Assembly (NCBI GenBank): GCA_905182615.1
Contig: CAJJCG010000084.1
Location: forward strand, 1 to 57,081
Direction: 5' to 3'
DNA from: Alphaproteobacteria bacterium UBA2964
Lineage (GTDB): Bacteria > Pseudomonadota > Alphaproteobacteria > MPNO01 > UBA2964
DNA length: 57,081 nucleotides
The translations under genes were made by a program, and so were the position numbers. The notes under the pieces were generated by a model, which saw only the letters and a list, made by a program, of their open reading frames with translations, was not told where the DNA came from and did not search any database. Below, piece by piece: positions 19,692-29,457 of the stretch (position 1 is its first letter; each line of letters starts with the position of its first letter).

Positions 19692-20519
19692 ATGACTAAG
19701 GCCCTTACCGATCCACAGGTCCAGCAGTTCAAGGATGACGGGTTTCTCTTTCCTTATGATGTCTACACACCTCAAGAAGCCGCGGGGCTTTGGCAAAAGT
19801 TCAATGCGCTAGAAGAAGAACTTGGTGAGGAACCGCAGAATCGGTTCCGGATCAAAGCACAGCTACCCTTTCCATGGCTGTGCGATGTGGTCAGCAATGA
19901 AAAGCTACTGGACGCGCTGGAAGATCTCATTGGTCCCAATATCCTGTGCTGGGGCGCATCTTTTTTCACAAAGAAAGCCAACGACCCACGTTTTATTTCC
20001 TGGCACACCGATAGTTTTGTCTACGGGTTTGAACCAGCAGAAACCGTTACAGCCTGGCTTGGGTTCAATGACTCTAAAATTGAATCAGGCTGTCTCCGCT
20101 ACATTCCCGGCTCTCACAAACAAAAGTCGGTACATGAAATCAAACCCGACCCCAATAATCTTGCTGGTCTCGGACAGCACGTGCTGAACGTACCCGAAGA
20201 GAAGGCCGTCTTTGCCGAGTTAAATGCAGGGCAGGCCGTTTTTCACCATGAAAGCGTTGTCCATAGCTCAGGCCCCAATGAAGCGAACCACCCACGGATC
20301 GGGTTCTCGATCCACTATGTGGCGCCCCACGTAAAGGAAACGCGGTTTGAAGGCGCTACGGCTATGCTTCTCCGTGGCGAAGATAAATACGGTTATTGGG
20401 GCGCAGACCCTTTGCCAAAACATGATCTCGACCAGGACTGTATCAATGCGATGACAGACACCCGTGAGAAATTCATGTCGATTACGGCACAAAAAATTGA
20501 AGCAGGCGGCAGGAGCTAA
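19692..20519 (+). CDS. Phytanoyl-CoA dioxygenase (PhyH) family Fe(II)/2OG oxygenase
   Basis: WHTD (HxD), GCLRYIPGSH, VHSSGPN, PRIG. Confidence 0.9.
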   Translation: MTKALTDPQVQQFKDDGFLFPYDVYTPQEAAGLWQKFNALEEELGEEPQNRFRIKAQLPFPWLCDVVSNEKLLDALEDLIGPNILCWGASFFTKKANDPRFISWHTDSFVYGFEPAETVTAWLGFNDSKIESGCLRYIPGSHKQKSVHEIKPDPNNLAGLGQHVLNVPEEKAVFAELNAGQAVFHHESVVHSSGPNEANHPRIGFSIHYVAPHVKETRFEGATAMLLRGEDKYGYWGADPLPKHDLDQDCINAMTDTREKFMSITAQKIEAGGRS

Positions 20520-20537
20520 AACGTCAGCGAGATAATC

Positions 20538-21323
20538 TTAATCTCGATAAGACGGGTCGACCCTATCCATCTTGCGCATCAGGGCAGGCCAGGCAGGGTG
20601 TTCTTCTGGCGAATTATTATTTGGCCGCCAGCTTTGTTCAGCCGATTTTTGCAGAACATGTTCTGGCGGGATTTCAAGCTCGGCACCACCCGCCATAGCT
20701 GCCAATTGAGCCCGGCAGGCCTTTTCGAGATTATACATCAGATAGAAGGCTTCACCGAGGTTACGGCCAAGCGTCAGCAACCCATGATTACGTAAAATCA
20801 TGGCGAAGTGATTGCCGAGATGTTTGACAATGTTCTCGCGTTCCTCAACATCCACTGTCACGCCTTCATAGTCATGATAGGCGATCCTTTCATAAAAACG
20901 GATCGCGCTCATATTGAGCGGCAGCAGACCATTCTTCTGTGACGACACGGCCATACCGGCTTCGGTATGGGTGTGAATGGCACAGGTTATGTCTTTACGG
21001 GCACCATGAATGGCACTGTGAATGACATAACCCGCCTGATTGATCCCAAAATCACTCTCCATGAGTTTGTTTCCATCGAGATCGATCTTAACGAGGCTCG
21101 ATGCTGTGACTTCGTCAAACAACAAGCCATAAGGATTTAGGAGAAAGTATTCTTCGTCCCCGGGAACCCGCAGAGAAATATGATTGGCGGTTACATGGGT
21201 CCAACCATAATGCGCCACCAAACGATAGGCGCAGGCCAGATCAACACGTGCTTGCCATTCCTCTTCACTGACCTCGCCGCGAAGCGAAGGAATGTCAAGC
21301 GATTGCATTCCGTCTGGCACCAT
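20538..21323 (-). CDS. Class II aldolase/adducin family protein
   Basis: EEEWQARVDLACAYRL, NHISLR, IHSAIH, HTHT, LRNHG. Confidence 0.92.
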   Translation of the reverse strand: MVPDGMQSLDIPSLRGEVSEEEWQARVDLACAYRLVAHYGWTHVTANHISLRVPGDEEYFLLNPYGLLFDEVTASSLVKIDLDGNKLMESDFGINQAGYVIHSAIHGARKDITCAIHTHTEAGMAVSSQKNGLLPLNMSAIRFYERIAYHDYEGVTVDVEERENIVKHLGNHFAMILRNHGLLTLGRNLGEAFYLMYNLEKACRAQLAAMAGGAELEIPPEHVLQKSAEQSWRPNNNSPEEHPAWPALMRKMDRVDPSYRD

Positions 21324-21369
21324 GAAGACCTCCTCGACCGGGTGTTCCGGCCATTATTATAGAATTAAA

Positions 21370-21391
21370 GCGGTTACCTGTTAGCAACCGC
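21370..21391 (-). terminator. Probable Rho-independent terminator
   Basis: Minus-strand stem gcggttgc/gtaaccgc (one G-U pair) followed by tttaatt, just after the pseudogene stop at 21409. Confidence 0.5.
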
Positions 21392-21408
21392 CTTATTCCA
21401 TCAAGCTT

Positions 21409-22125
21409 CTACTTTCCAAACAAGCCCTTAATCGACTTGGTGGTATCTTCCATTACTTTACCGGCACCGCTAGCCCCACCTTCGAGCATCTTCTTGGCGC
21501 CATCAACCGCGCCTTTAACGGCCTTAACAGCAGTATCCATTCCAACCTTGCCAACGCCGGAAATTTAGCCGCTGATCGAGCTCATGATCTGGCTCGCGAC
21601 TTCTCCTGACGTGGCGCTTTTTCCTTCTTGCCGATGTCTTCCAGATGAATGGTTCGCAACGATACAGTGATTTCCTTGCCGGCTAACAGACCCGCACTAA
21701 TCGCCACCTTGCCATCACAAACATAGAGATGATTGATGATCAGCTTCTTGCCGCCTTTATCATCCTTGGCGTCTTTCTTGCCACCAGCGCCCATTTCCAT
21801 AGCGAACGCTTCGACATTTTTCTGAATGGCGTCAAAATTATCTTTGCCATCAGCGTATTCATACGTGATGTCGGGTCCCGAAGCTCATAGCTTTATCGGC
21901 CTTGAAGCCAGCAGGGTTCCCCATTCAAAAACCCTTAAGAGCTGCTTCACCAGTTTGGATCGAAAGATCGACCTTGCTCTGCGTGACCTCGGTTTTTGTC
22001 GCCTTGGAGCCAAGCTCTTCAACAACCTGTTTGATCAAATCACCAGCGTTCAAAAATACATAAACGCCACCACCAACCACAGCGAGCAGAATCGCAACAA
22101 TTCCAACTAAAATTCCCTTTTTCAT
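21409..22125 (-). pseudogene. AsmA/DUF748-like membrane-anchored protein, disrupted
   Basis: MKKGILVGIVAILL...GSKATKTEV...GEAALKGF*MGNPAGF, then frameshift to PDITYE...NFDAIQKNV...KKLII...IHLEDIGKKE, another frameshift and in-frame TAA, ending ...SIKGLFGK*. Confidence 0.82.
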
Positions 22126-22359
22126 TTTAACCTTCTCCATTTTGGCAAATGAGCGTGTTCTTCCCCAAAGCCAACCGACGCCAACGGTTTCCGATAAAAC
22201 CTTTATAATCCTACTACCCTAGCGCGTCGTTCATGATTCTCGGAATGTCACACAATCTTCCCAATGATCGTGGTTTGACTCTCAACCGGGCGCAGTAAAT
22301 GCTATGGCGATAATTCATCGAAAAATTCAAAAACTGACTAAAATTTACAGGAGAACCCA

Positions 22360-22728
22360 ATGTTCAAACGAATAGATCACGTCGCCCTTGATGTTACCGA
22401 CATTGATCGCTCCGTCGCCTTTTATGGAGAACATTTCGGCTGCGAACTATACAATGAACAGGTAGTTGCAGATGGAATGCGCATCGCCTATCTCCGCTCA
22501 GGCGACACTATTCTCGAACTGGTACATTGCGGTTCTGGGAAGATGAATGGCTTTCATTTTTGCTTTGAGTCGGATGATTTTGATGGCGACGTCGCCCGGC
22601 TGAAAAGCTCTGGCATCCCAGTGCTCACTGAACCACATGACACCGGTCCTCGTGAAGAACGCGAAACCGGTTGGCGGCGTGCCGTATTTTCTGGACCCGA
22701 TGGCGAAGCTATAGAATTCAGAGGATAG
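22360..22728 (+). CDS. VOC/glyoxalase family protein (single domain)
   Basis: IDHVALDVTDIDRSVAFY, ILEL, HFCFE, GPDGEAIE. Confidence 0.9.
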   Translation: MFKRIDHVALDVTDIDRSVAFYGEHFGCELYNEQVVADGMRIAYLRSGDTILELVHCGSGKMNGFHFCFESDDFDGDVARLKSSGIPVLTEPHDTGPREERETGWRRAVFSGPDGEAIEFRG

Positions 22729-22768
22729 CACAATATAAGAGGCTCGAACCTCAAATAGGGAGATAAAA

Positions 22769-23527
22769 ATGGGAATGCTTGATGGAAAGGCCGCGCTCGT
22801 AACAGCGGCGGGTGGCGGAATTGCTGGTGCGATTGCCCGCAGATTTGGTGCTGAAGGTGCGGCGGTCTGCTGCGTCGACGTCAATGAGGAAACCGTCGCG
22901 AAAACGGTCGCCGATATTGAAGCCGCAGGCGGTAAGGCAATTGCCAGAGTTTGCAACGTCGCTGATGAAGCCGCCGTAAAAGCTTGTGTCGACGAAACAG
23001 CCACGATATTTGGCAAGCTGGATGTCGTTGTTAATGCAGCAGCAGCCTCTGAACCGCTTCATACCGTCGCCAATATGCCGCTTGAAGTGTGGCAAGAGGT
23101 CTTGGACGTCAATCTCACCGGTATGTTCCTGGTTTCCAAACACGCCATCCCGCATATGCAGGCCGCAGGCGGAGGACAGTTCATCAATATCTCTTCGACA
23201 TTTGGGCATATCGCCTGGCCGCAACGCCCCGCCTATATGGCAACCAAAGGCGCTGTCCGACAGCTGACCCGCTCTATCGCACTTGATTTTGCGCCAGATA
23301 ATATCCGCGCCAACAGCATTCTGCCGGGGGCTATCGAGACCAACCGGCTATTGGCCCGCACGCCGACAATGGAACAGGTCCGCGCCAAGATGGTACCGCT
23401 GCATCCCATCGGACGTCTCGGACAGCCGGAAGACATCGCCAACGCGGCAGCCTTTCTGGCCAGCGACCAGTCGAGTTTCATGACGGGCTCTGACGTCTTC
23501 GTCGATGGTGGCTTCACTGCGGTCTAA
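22769..23527 (+). CDS. SDR oxidoreductase (tandem copy 1)
   Basis: TAAGGGIAG, NAAA, YMATK, IRANSILPG. Confidence 0.92.
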   Translation: MGMLDGKAALVTAAGGGIAGAIARRFGAEGAAVCCVDVNEETVAKTVADIEAAGGKAIARVCNVADEAAVKACVDETATIFGKLDVVVNAAAASEPLHTVANMPLEVWQEVLDVNLTGMFLVSKHAIPHMQAAGGGQFINISSTFGHIAWPQRPAYMATKGAVRQLTRSIALDFAPDNIRANSILPGAIETNRLLARTPTMEQVRAKMVPLHPIGRLGQPEDIANAAAFLASDQSSFMTGSDVFVDGGFTAV

Positions 23528-23561
23528 CACACCAAATCAATCAAGAAATAGGGAGAAAAAA

Positions 23562-24320
23562 ATGGGACGGCTTGAAGGAAAAGTTGCCTTTATCACAGCA
23601 TCAGGCGGCGCCATCGCAGGCGCAACCGCCCGACTATTTGGTGCCGAAGGGGCCGCAGTCTGCTGCGTCGATATTGTCGAGGAAAACGTTAATCAGGCGG
23701 CTACTGATATCAATGACGCTGGCGGCAAAGCCATAGCGATCACCTGCGATGTCACCGACGATGATGCCGTGAGGACCGCGGTAGACAAAACCGTCGCTGA
23801 GTTTGGCAAAGTGGATGTCTGTTTTAACGCCGCTGCTTATTCCGAAAAACGCCATCGGCTCGCCGATATGCCCCTGGATATGTGGAAATCAGTTATCGAT
23901 GTAAATCTGACGGGCATGTTTATTGTTGCTCGCCATGTCATTCCGCAAATGCAGGCAGCGGGCGGTGGCTCCATCATCAACGTCTCATCGATTTATGGCG
24001 TCGTTGGGGCCAAGGAACGGCCTGCTTATTGTGCAGCCAAGGGCGGGGTTCGTATGCTGTCAAAATCCATCGCAGTTGATTACGCGGTCGACAATATCCG
24101 CGCGAATTCAATTATGCCGGGGCCGATTGAGACGCCACGTCTACTGGCACGCAACCCGTCCATCGAGGCGGTAATCGAACGCCATGGCCCTCGTTTGCAT
24201 CAAAAACGCCTTGGGAAACCAGAAGAAATCGCCCAGACCGCTTTATTCCTAGCGAGCGACGATGCCAGCTTCACCTCGGGGGCGGATATGATCGTCGACG
24301 GCGCCTATACCGCATTCTGA
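23562..24320 (+). CDS. SDR oxidoreductase (tandem copy 2)
   Basis: MGRLEGKVAFITASGGAIAG, YCAAK; GGGAG RBS before ATG 23562. Confidence 0.92.
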   Translation: MGRLEGKVAFITASGGAIAGATARLFGAEGAAVCCVDIVEENVNQAATDINDAGGKAIAITCDVTDDDAVRTAVDKTVAEFGKVDVCFNAAAYSEKRHRLADMPLDMWKSVIDVNLTGMFIVARHVIPQMQAAGGGSIINVSSIYGVVGAKERPAYCAAKGGVRMLSKSIAVDYAVDNIRANSIMPGPIETPRLLARNPSIEAVIERHGPRLHQKRLGKPEEIAQTALFLASDDASFTSGADMIVDGAYTAF

Positions 24321-24334
24321 TCAGGAGAAATAAA

Positions 24335-25093
24335 ATGGGACGTCTTGAAGGAAAAGTTGCGTTTGTGACCGCCGCGGGCGGCGCCATCGCTGGTGCGACT
24401 GCCCGGCTGTTTGCCGCCGAAGGTGCCGCCGTTGCCTGCGTCGATATCGTGGAAGCAAACGTCAAGAAAACCGCTGCTGATATTAAAGCCGCTGGTGGCA
24501 AAGCGATTGACATTGTCTGCGATGTTACGGATGAAGACGCCGTGAAATCGGCCATCGACGAAACAGTCTCCGCCTTTGGAAAGCTTAACGTCGTATTCAA
24601 TGCCGCAGCCTTTACCGACCCGTTATTGCCCCTGCACGAGCTCGATGTCGCTCTATGGCGCAAGACCTTCGACGTCAACATTACCGGTATGTTTATCGTG
24701 ACCAAATACGCGATCCCCCATATGAAGAACGCGGGCAGTGGGTCGTTTGTCAACATCTCGTCGATCTATGGTGCGCGGGCAGCAAAGAAACGTCCAGCCT
24801 ATTGTTCCTCCAAAGGGGCTGTCAGAATGCTGTCGAAATCGGTCGCCGTTGATTACGCGGAAGACAATATTCGCGCCAACTCGATCCTGCCGGGACCCAT
24901 TGAAACGCCACGCTTACTCGTCGCGAACAAGAACATGGATGATGTCATCAACCGCCACCGGCCACATTTGCCCGCAGCACGGCTTGGTCAGCCTATGGAA
25001 ATCGCTAAAACGGCGGTATTCTTGGCTAGCGAAGAATCGAGCTTTATGTCCGGCAATGACTGCTTCGTGGACGGCGCCTATAATGCGATTTAG
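24335..25093 (+). CDS. SDR oxidoreductase (tandem copy 3)
   Basis: MGRLEGKVAFVTAAGGAIAG, YCSSK. Confidence 0.92.
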   Translation: MGRLEGKVAFVTAAGGAIAGATARLFAAEGAAVACVDIVEANVKKTAADIKAAGGKAIDIVCDVTDEDAVKSAIDETVSAFGKLNVVFNAAAFTDPLLPLHELDVALWRKTFDVNITGMFIVTKYAIPHMKNAGSGSFVNISSIYGARAAKKRPAYCSSKGAVRMLSKSVAVDYAEDNIRANSILPGPIETPRLLVANKNMDDVINRHRPHLPAARLGQPMEIAKTAVFLASEESSFMSGNDCFVDGAYNAI

Positions 25094-25125
25094 CTAATCA
25101 AGGTCAGTATCAAACGCGACCGTGG

Positions 25126-25296
25126 CTATTTCGGTAAAACGCAGTTCTCCGCGAAGTCTTTGACTTCTTGCGGTGTCCGCTGCCCTTTATCCTTGTTTTT
25201 GAGTTACTGGCACCATTCATTGCTACCAACGGCGGGGGAACACGCGGTCACGAACAATAATCCAGCGTCAGTTATAACCGTACCCAGCTTGGTCAT
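25126..25296 (-). pseudogene. DUF3012-family small lipoprotein with in-frame TAA
   Basis: Hand translation MTKLGTVITDAGLLFVTACSPAVGSNEWCQ*LKNKDKGQRTPQEVKDFAENCVLPK*; fits the DUF3012 pattern CSP.VGS..WC...K.KG.WT..E..D.A..C; stop at 25204-25206. Confidence 0.78.
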
Positions 25297-25388
25297 TTCC
25301 ATAGGTAATCGCCAACTAAACTAAAAGTACTACAACACACGCCCAGATAAAGCGCTGAGCCGATTCAGTCAAACCTTGCGGCGGGTTT

Positions 25389-26261
25389 TCAGTCGTCCAA
25401 AAACTTAAACCGCCACGTATCGCCATCACCCACGACGTGACCGGCTGTTGGTCCGGGGAAATGGGCGGGCAACACCACCGTGTCGGTGTCAGCAACGGAG
25501 TCCAGCACCTCGCGGCGCGTACGCGCAGATTGATCTGCGTCCCAACAGAAACAGGATGACCAATCCGGTTCGATGCATTGCAACGCGTGATGCATCATAT
25601 CCCCGGAGAACAGCCCTTGTTTTCCACCAGACTTAAGATTGACGCAGACATGGCCCGGGGAATGACCGGGGGTTGGCGTCAACCAGATGGTGTCATCCAA
25701 CATAAAATCGTCATCAACCAGCATCGCCTGCCCTGCCTCAACAATCGGCTGACAGTTCTGCGACCAGACATTGCCAGGGGGATGCGCACCCTTTTTGGTT
25801 TCCTCTTCCCAGGTCTCATATTCCTTGCGGCTAAAAATATATTTTGCGTTGGGAAAAGTTGGCACCCATCGGCCATCAATCAGGCGCGTATTCCATCCGC
25901 AATGATCAATGTGGAGATGGGTGCAAAAGACATAATCGATATCTTCAAAACTTAATCCGTTGGCTGCCATGCCATCTAGCCAAGGCTGTTTCGGAAAATC
26001 ATGCGGCGGACCGTAGCCCTTGTCTTCCCCGAGGCAGGTATCTATCAGGATCGTGTGGTGCGGCGTTTGCACGATGTAGGTCTGATAAGTGATGACCAAC
26101 ATGTTCTGGACCGCATCGTAAACATACGGTGCCATCGTCTTCAGATGCGCCAGCGCGGTCTCTTTGTCACATGTCGGATACATGATTTCGGGGGGCCGCC
26201 ACGGACCATCTCGTTCGACAACACTCGTGACAGTAACATCCCCAAGAGTAAGTGGTTTCAT
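25389..26261 (-). CDS. Metallo-beta-lactamase fold hydrolase
   Basis: THLHIDHCGWN, TPGHSPGH, SGDMMH, PAHF. Confidence 0.92.
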   Translation of the reverse strand: MKPLTLGDVTVTSVVERDGPWRPPEIMYPTCDKETALAHLKTMAPYVYDAVQNMLVITYQTYIVQTPHHTILIDTCLGEDKGYGPPHDFPKQPWLDGMAANGLSFEDIDYVFCTHLHIDHCGWNTRLIDGRWVPTFPNAKYIFSRKEYETWEEETKKGAHPPGNVWSQNCQPIVEAGQAMLVDDDFMLDDTIWLTPTPGHSPGHVCVNLKSGGKQGLFSGDMMHHALQCIEPDWSSCFCWDADQSARTRREVLDSVADTDTVVLPAHFPGPTAGHVVGDGDTWRFKFLDD

Positions 26262-26276
26262 CTGCGAATTCCCCTT

Positions 26277-27137
26277 CTAAACGATTTCGTCGATCACCGG
26301 ATTGGACAGGATACCAATAGAAGGACAGTCAATCTCTACGACATCACCGGGTACCAGAAAGCGTGGCGGATCGAAGCGCGCCCCTGCCCCCGTTGGAGTT
26401 CCTGTGGCGATAACGTCACCCGGCTTGAGATGATAGAAGCTTGAGAGATAGCTGATGAGATAGGCAAAATCGAAAATTAGATGGGCTGTGTTGTCCTGCT
26501 GACGAATTTCACCATTCACTTCGGTTTTGAGATCAAGATCGCCATAACCGGCGAATTCATCTGCCGTAACCATCCACGGCCCAATTGACCCCGTCTGCTC
26601 AAAGTTTTTTCCCTGAGTGATATTGAAGGTTCCATGACGCATCCAGTCGCGGATCGAGCCCTCATTGAGCAAAGTTAGCCCGGCGATATAGGACAATGCA
26701 TTCGCTTCAGGAATACGCCTTCCCGCCTTTCCAATCACAATGGCAATTTCGCCTTCGTAATCGAGCTGCTCAGATTCCGGTGGCCGGACGATTGGCACGT
26801 TATGACCAACGAAAGAGCCAGGACTCCGCATAAAGACGTTGGGATATTTTTTCTTCTCAACCGGCTTTTCATATTCGGCGCTACGATTGCCGTAATTGAC
26901 CCCGATACAGATATATTTTTCGGCGTCCGGAATCGTCGGGAGTAACGTCACCTCCGCCAGGTCGTAATCTGCGATGGCGTCCTCTGCCATATTTCTGGCG
27001 ATTTCAACAGCATCGGCAGCAAGCAAACCACGAAGGCTGCGGATCGCATCGATTCCGAAACCGAGATCGACAATCTTGTCTTCTTTGACAGCGCCGAAGC
27101 TCTGTCGACCATCAATTTCAAAACTTGCCAGCTTCAT
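26277..27137 (-). CDS. Fumarylacetoacetate hydrolase family protein
   Basis: CIGVNY, LDYEGE, NEGSIRD, QGKNF, PGDVIATGTP. Confidence 0.92.
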   Translation of the reverse strand: MKLASFEIDGRQSFGAVKEDKIVDLGFGIDAIRSLRGLLAADAVEIARNMAEDAIADYDLAEVTLLPTIPDAEKYICIGVNYGNRSAEYEKPVEKKKYPNVFMRSPGSFVGHNVPIVRPPESEQLDYEGEIAIVIGKAGRRIPEANALSYIAGLTLLNEGSIRDWMRHGTFNITQGKNFEQTGSIGPWMVTADEFAGYGDLDLKTEVNGEIRQQDNTAHLIFDFAYLISYLSSFYHLKPGDVIATGTPTGAGARFDPPRFLVPGDVVEIDCPSIGILSNPVIDEIV

Positions 27138-27146
27138 GATACCTGT

Positions 27147-28121
27147 CTAGCTCCTTGCCGGGAGAACATTCCCATCAATCAGTTGCGGCCAATCTCCCTC
27201 GGCTACCGGTTTACCAATTTCTTCCCGCCTGACCATCCACGGGCGGGCGGCTTCAGGCGGTATACTGTCATGATGCAAGGGTTCCCAATCGGCGCTGATA
27301 AAATCTGAATCAAAGCCAGTTTCGATCAACCCACCAGCGGGGTTCAAGAAATACCAGAACCACCCAGATCCGAAATAATGCCGCCCCGGACCAAGTTGAG
27401 TCTGCCAGCCCTGCTCTTCCATATGCGTGCCGCATTTCAGAACTTCATCGCTGTCTCTAACTTCATAGGCGACATGCTGGAACCCAAAATTATTGCCACC
27501 ATTTTCAAAAAACAGATTGTGATGATCATTAGAGCTGCCGCACCTCATGAAGAAGTTTTTGCCCAACAACGACTCTGTGAGTTTAAAACCCAGGCGGTTG
27601 AGATAAAACCCTGCCGCTGCCGCGGTATCTCCCGGTGCCCAGTAGACCGCATGGAACATGCGTTTTTGCTTTACCGGCCCGCGAGCAAAAACGTCGGCCC
27701 GTTCATCAATCCTTGCTGCATTGCCCACGGTATTGCTATCGGGAAAGTCCAGAGGCTTGATAGCGCGTGTCGTAACGCTAAAACCAATCCGATAGCCAAG
27801 GTCATCATAGCTGTGCAACCCGCCTTCTGAATCGACAGTTACCTCTCTGTCCTTGGACAGCTCCGCACCGATAGCCTCCAGCGTGTCCTTATCGGCAGCC
27901 CCCCAAATGACTTCGCGTGCTGTAGACCCTGGCACCGAGGAAGGTGGCAGACTGTCATCATCAATTCGGCGAATATGGACAGAAGTGTCGTCGGGGAGCT
28001 TGAAATCAGAACCTGTTGTGCCAATTTCAACCAGTTCCAGCCCCCAATCTTCCTGAAACCGAGTCGCCGCCTCTACGTCTTCTGCACCATAGGTCACGGA
28101 TTGTAGGCCAACGATATTCAT
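27147..28121 (-). CDS. Two-domain VOC protein, extradiol ring-cleavage dioxygenase-like
   Basis: C-domain MFHAV, DHHNL, QHVAYEV, GPGRH, WYFLNPAGGLIE (His/His/Glu metal set). Confidence 0.8.
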   Translation of the reverse strand: MNIVGLQSVTYGAEDVEAATRFQEDWGLELVEIGTTGSDFKLPDDTSVHIRRIDDDSLPPSSVPGSTAREVIWGAADKDTLEAIGAELSKDREVTVDSEGGLHSYDDLGYRIGFSVTTRAIKPLDFPDSNTVGNAARIDERADVFARGPVKQKRMFHAVYWAPGDTAAAAGFYLNRLGFKLTESLLGKNFFMRCGSSNDHHNLFFENGGNNFGFQHVAYEVRDSDEVLKCGTHMEEQGWQTQLGPGRHYFGSGWFWYFLNPAGGLIETGFDSDFISADWEPLHHDSIPPEAARPWMVRREEIGKPVAEGDWPQLIDGNVLPARS

Positions 28122-28139
28122 GAACTTTTCTTCTCCCTG

Positions 28140-29306
28140 CTATTGCAGGGATGTATCGAGGTATTTTTCAATCTTTGCTTCGTCGACATCGATTCCGAAG
28201 CCCGGACCATCTGGCACAACGACGCAACCATCTTCAAGCACGAACGGTTCGGCGATCAAGTCATCGATATAGTAGATCCCGCCAACATTGCCGCTTTGCG
28301 ATTCCGCCGGCGTGGAGACCGGGACGACACAGGAAAGAGTCGCCGGAATAGCTGCCGCCGCAAGATGGATATTAGCGAGATTACCGACACCGGTTTCGAC
28401 TGACCCATTCACATTGCAGAGGAATTTGGCAGCTCGTGCTGCTGCCGCAACCTCCATAGCGCCGTAGAGCCCACCTGGTTTGGTGGTATAGATAGATACA
28501 ATATCAGCGGCCTTCTTCTCAAAGATCTCCAGCACATCCCGCGCATACCAGGCGCTTTCATCCGCCATAACCGGTGTTTCGAGGACACGCGTTACCTCTG
28601 CGAGGCGATCAATGCCTTCTACTGGTTGCTCTGCATATTTGAGACGAAATGGTTCCATCTTACGGATAATCCGCACGGCATCGCGTGGCGTGGCATAGCC
28701 ACAATTCGCATCGACGCAGATATCCATCGCATCACCCACTGCTTTTCGGACGCGGCTAACGATTTCGACATCCCGGTCGGGATCAACGCCAACCTTGATT
28801 TTGATTGTTTTGATCCCCTCGTCAGCGACCTTCTTGCATTCCTCTACAGCCAGGTCGATTTCGAGCAAGCCAATTGAATGGGTCACAGGGACCCGGTCAC
28901 GCACCTTGCCACCGAGCAATTGCCAGACTGGGACACCGACTGTGCGTCCGGCCAAATCGTAGGCGGCAATATCCATAGCGGCTTTTGCATAGGGATACCC
29001 TTTGATGATGGCATCCATCCGTTGATGCAAATCGGCGATATTACCAACCTCACAGCCAATGACCGACGGGGTCAGGTATTTTTCTACAACAAACTTTGTT
29101 GTACCCGGCGACTCGCCGAAGTAACGCCCGTAATCGCCACCCCAATCCTTAAGTGCCGGCGCTTCACCCCAGCCAACGACACCATCATCACTGTGCATCC
29201 GCACCAGAATGTAGCCGCCGATAGGTTCAGTGAGGCCCGTCCATTTGTGCTCACGCCGAGTCGGGAGAGCGACATGAATAACATCAACCTGTTTGATAGC
29301 GGGCAT
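28140..29306 (-). CDS. Enolase superfamily, muconate-lactonizing-enzyme subgroup protein (non-canonical active site)
   Basis: GWGEA, KTIKIK, VDANCGY, EQP, MADES; start MPAIKQ after AGGA RBS. Confidence 0.85.
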   Translation of the reverse strand: MPAIKQVDVIHVALPTRREHKWTGLTEPIGGYILVRMHSDDGVVGWGEAPALKDWGGDYGRYFGESPGTTKFVVEKYLTPSVIGCEVGNIADLHQRMDAIIKGYPYAKAAMDIAAYDLAGRTVGVPVWQLLGGKVRDRVPVTHSIGLLEIDLAVEECKKVADEGIKTIKIKVGVDPDRDVEIVSRVRKAVGDAMDICVDANCGYATPRDAVRIIRKMEPFRLKYAEQPVEGIDRLAEVTRVLETPVMADESAWYARDVLEIFEKKAADIVSIYTTKPGGLYGAMEVAAAARAAKFLCNVNGSVETGVGNLANIHLAAAAIPATLSCVVPVSTPAESQSGNVGGIYYIDDLIAEPFVLEDGCVVVPDGPGFGIDVDEAKIEKYLDTSLQ

Positions 29307-29344
29307 AAAACCATCCTGTTCCTTGAATTTGAAACGAAGTCTGG

Positions 29345-29356
29345 TCAGTCGACTGA
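29345..29356. promoter_or_regulatory. Perfect 12-bp palindrome (TCAGTCGACTGA), candidate operator
   Basis: Located in the 150-bp divergent promoter region between the enolase operon and the Mo-hydroxylase. Confidence 0.35.
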
Positions 29357-29457
29357 GACCTGTCAAACGGGTGTTCGCGACACTTCACCGAATCCCATGA
29401 GATTAATCGCTTATACGGGGTTTTCTTTGCGCTCATTCGACGACACTATAAGGTATC

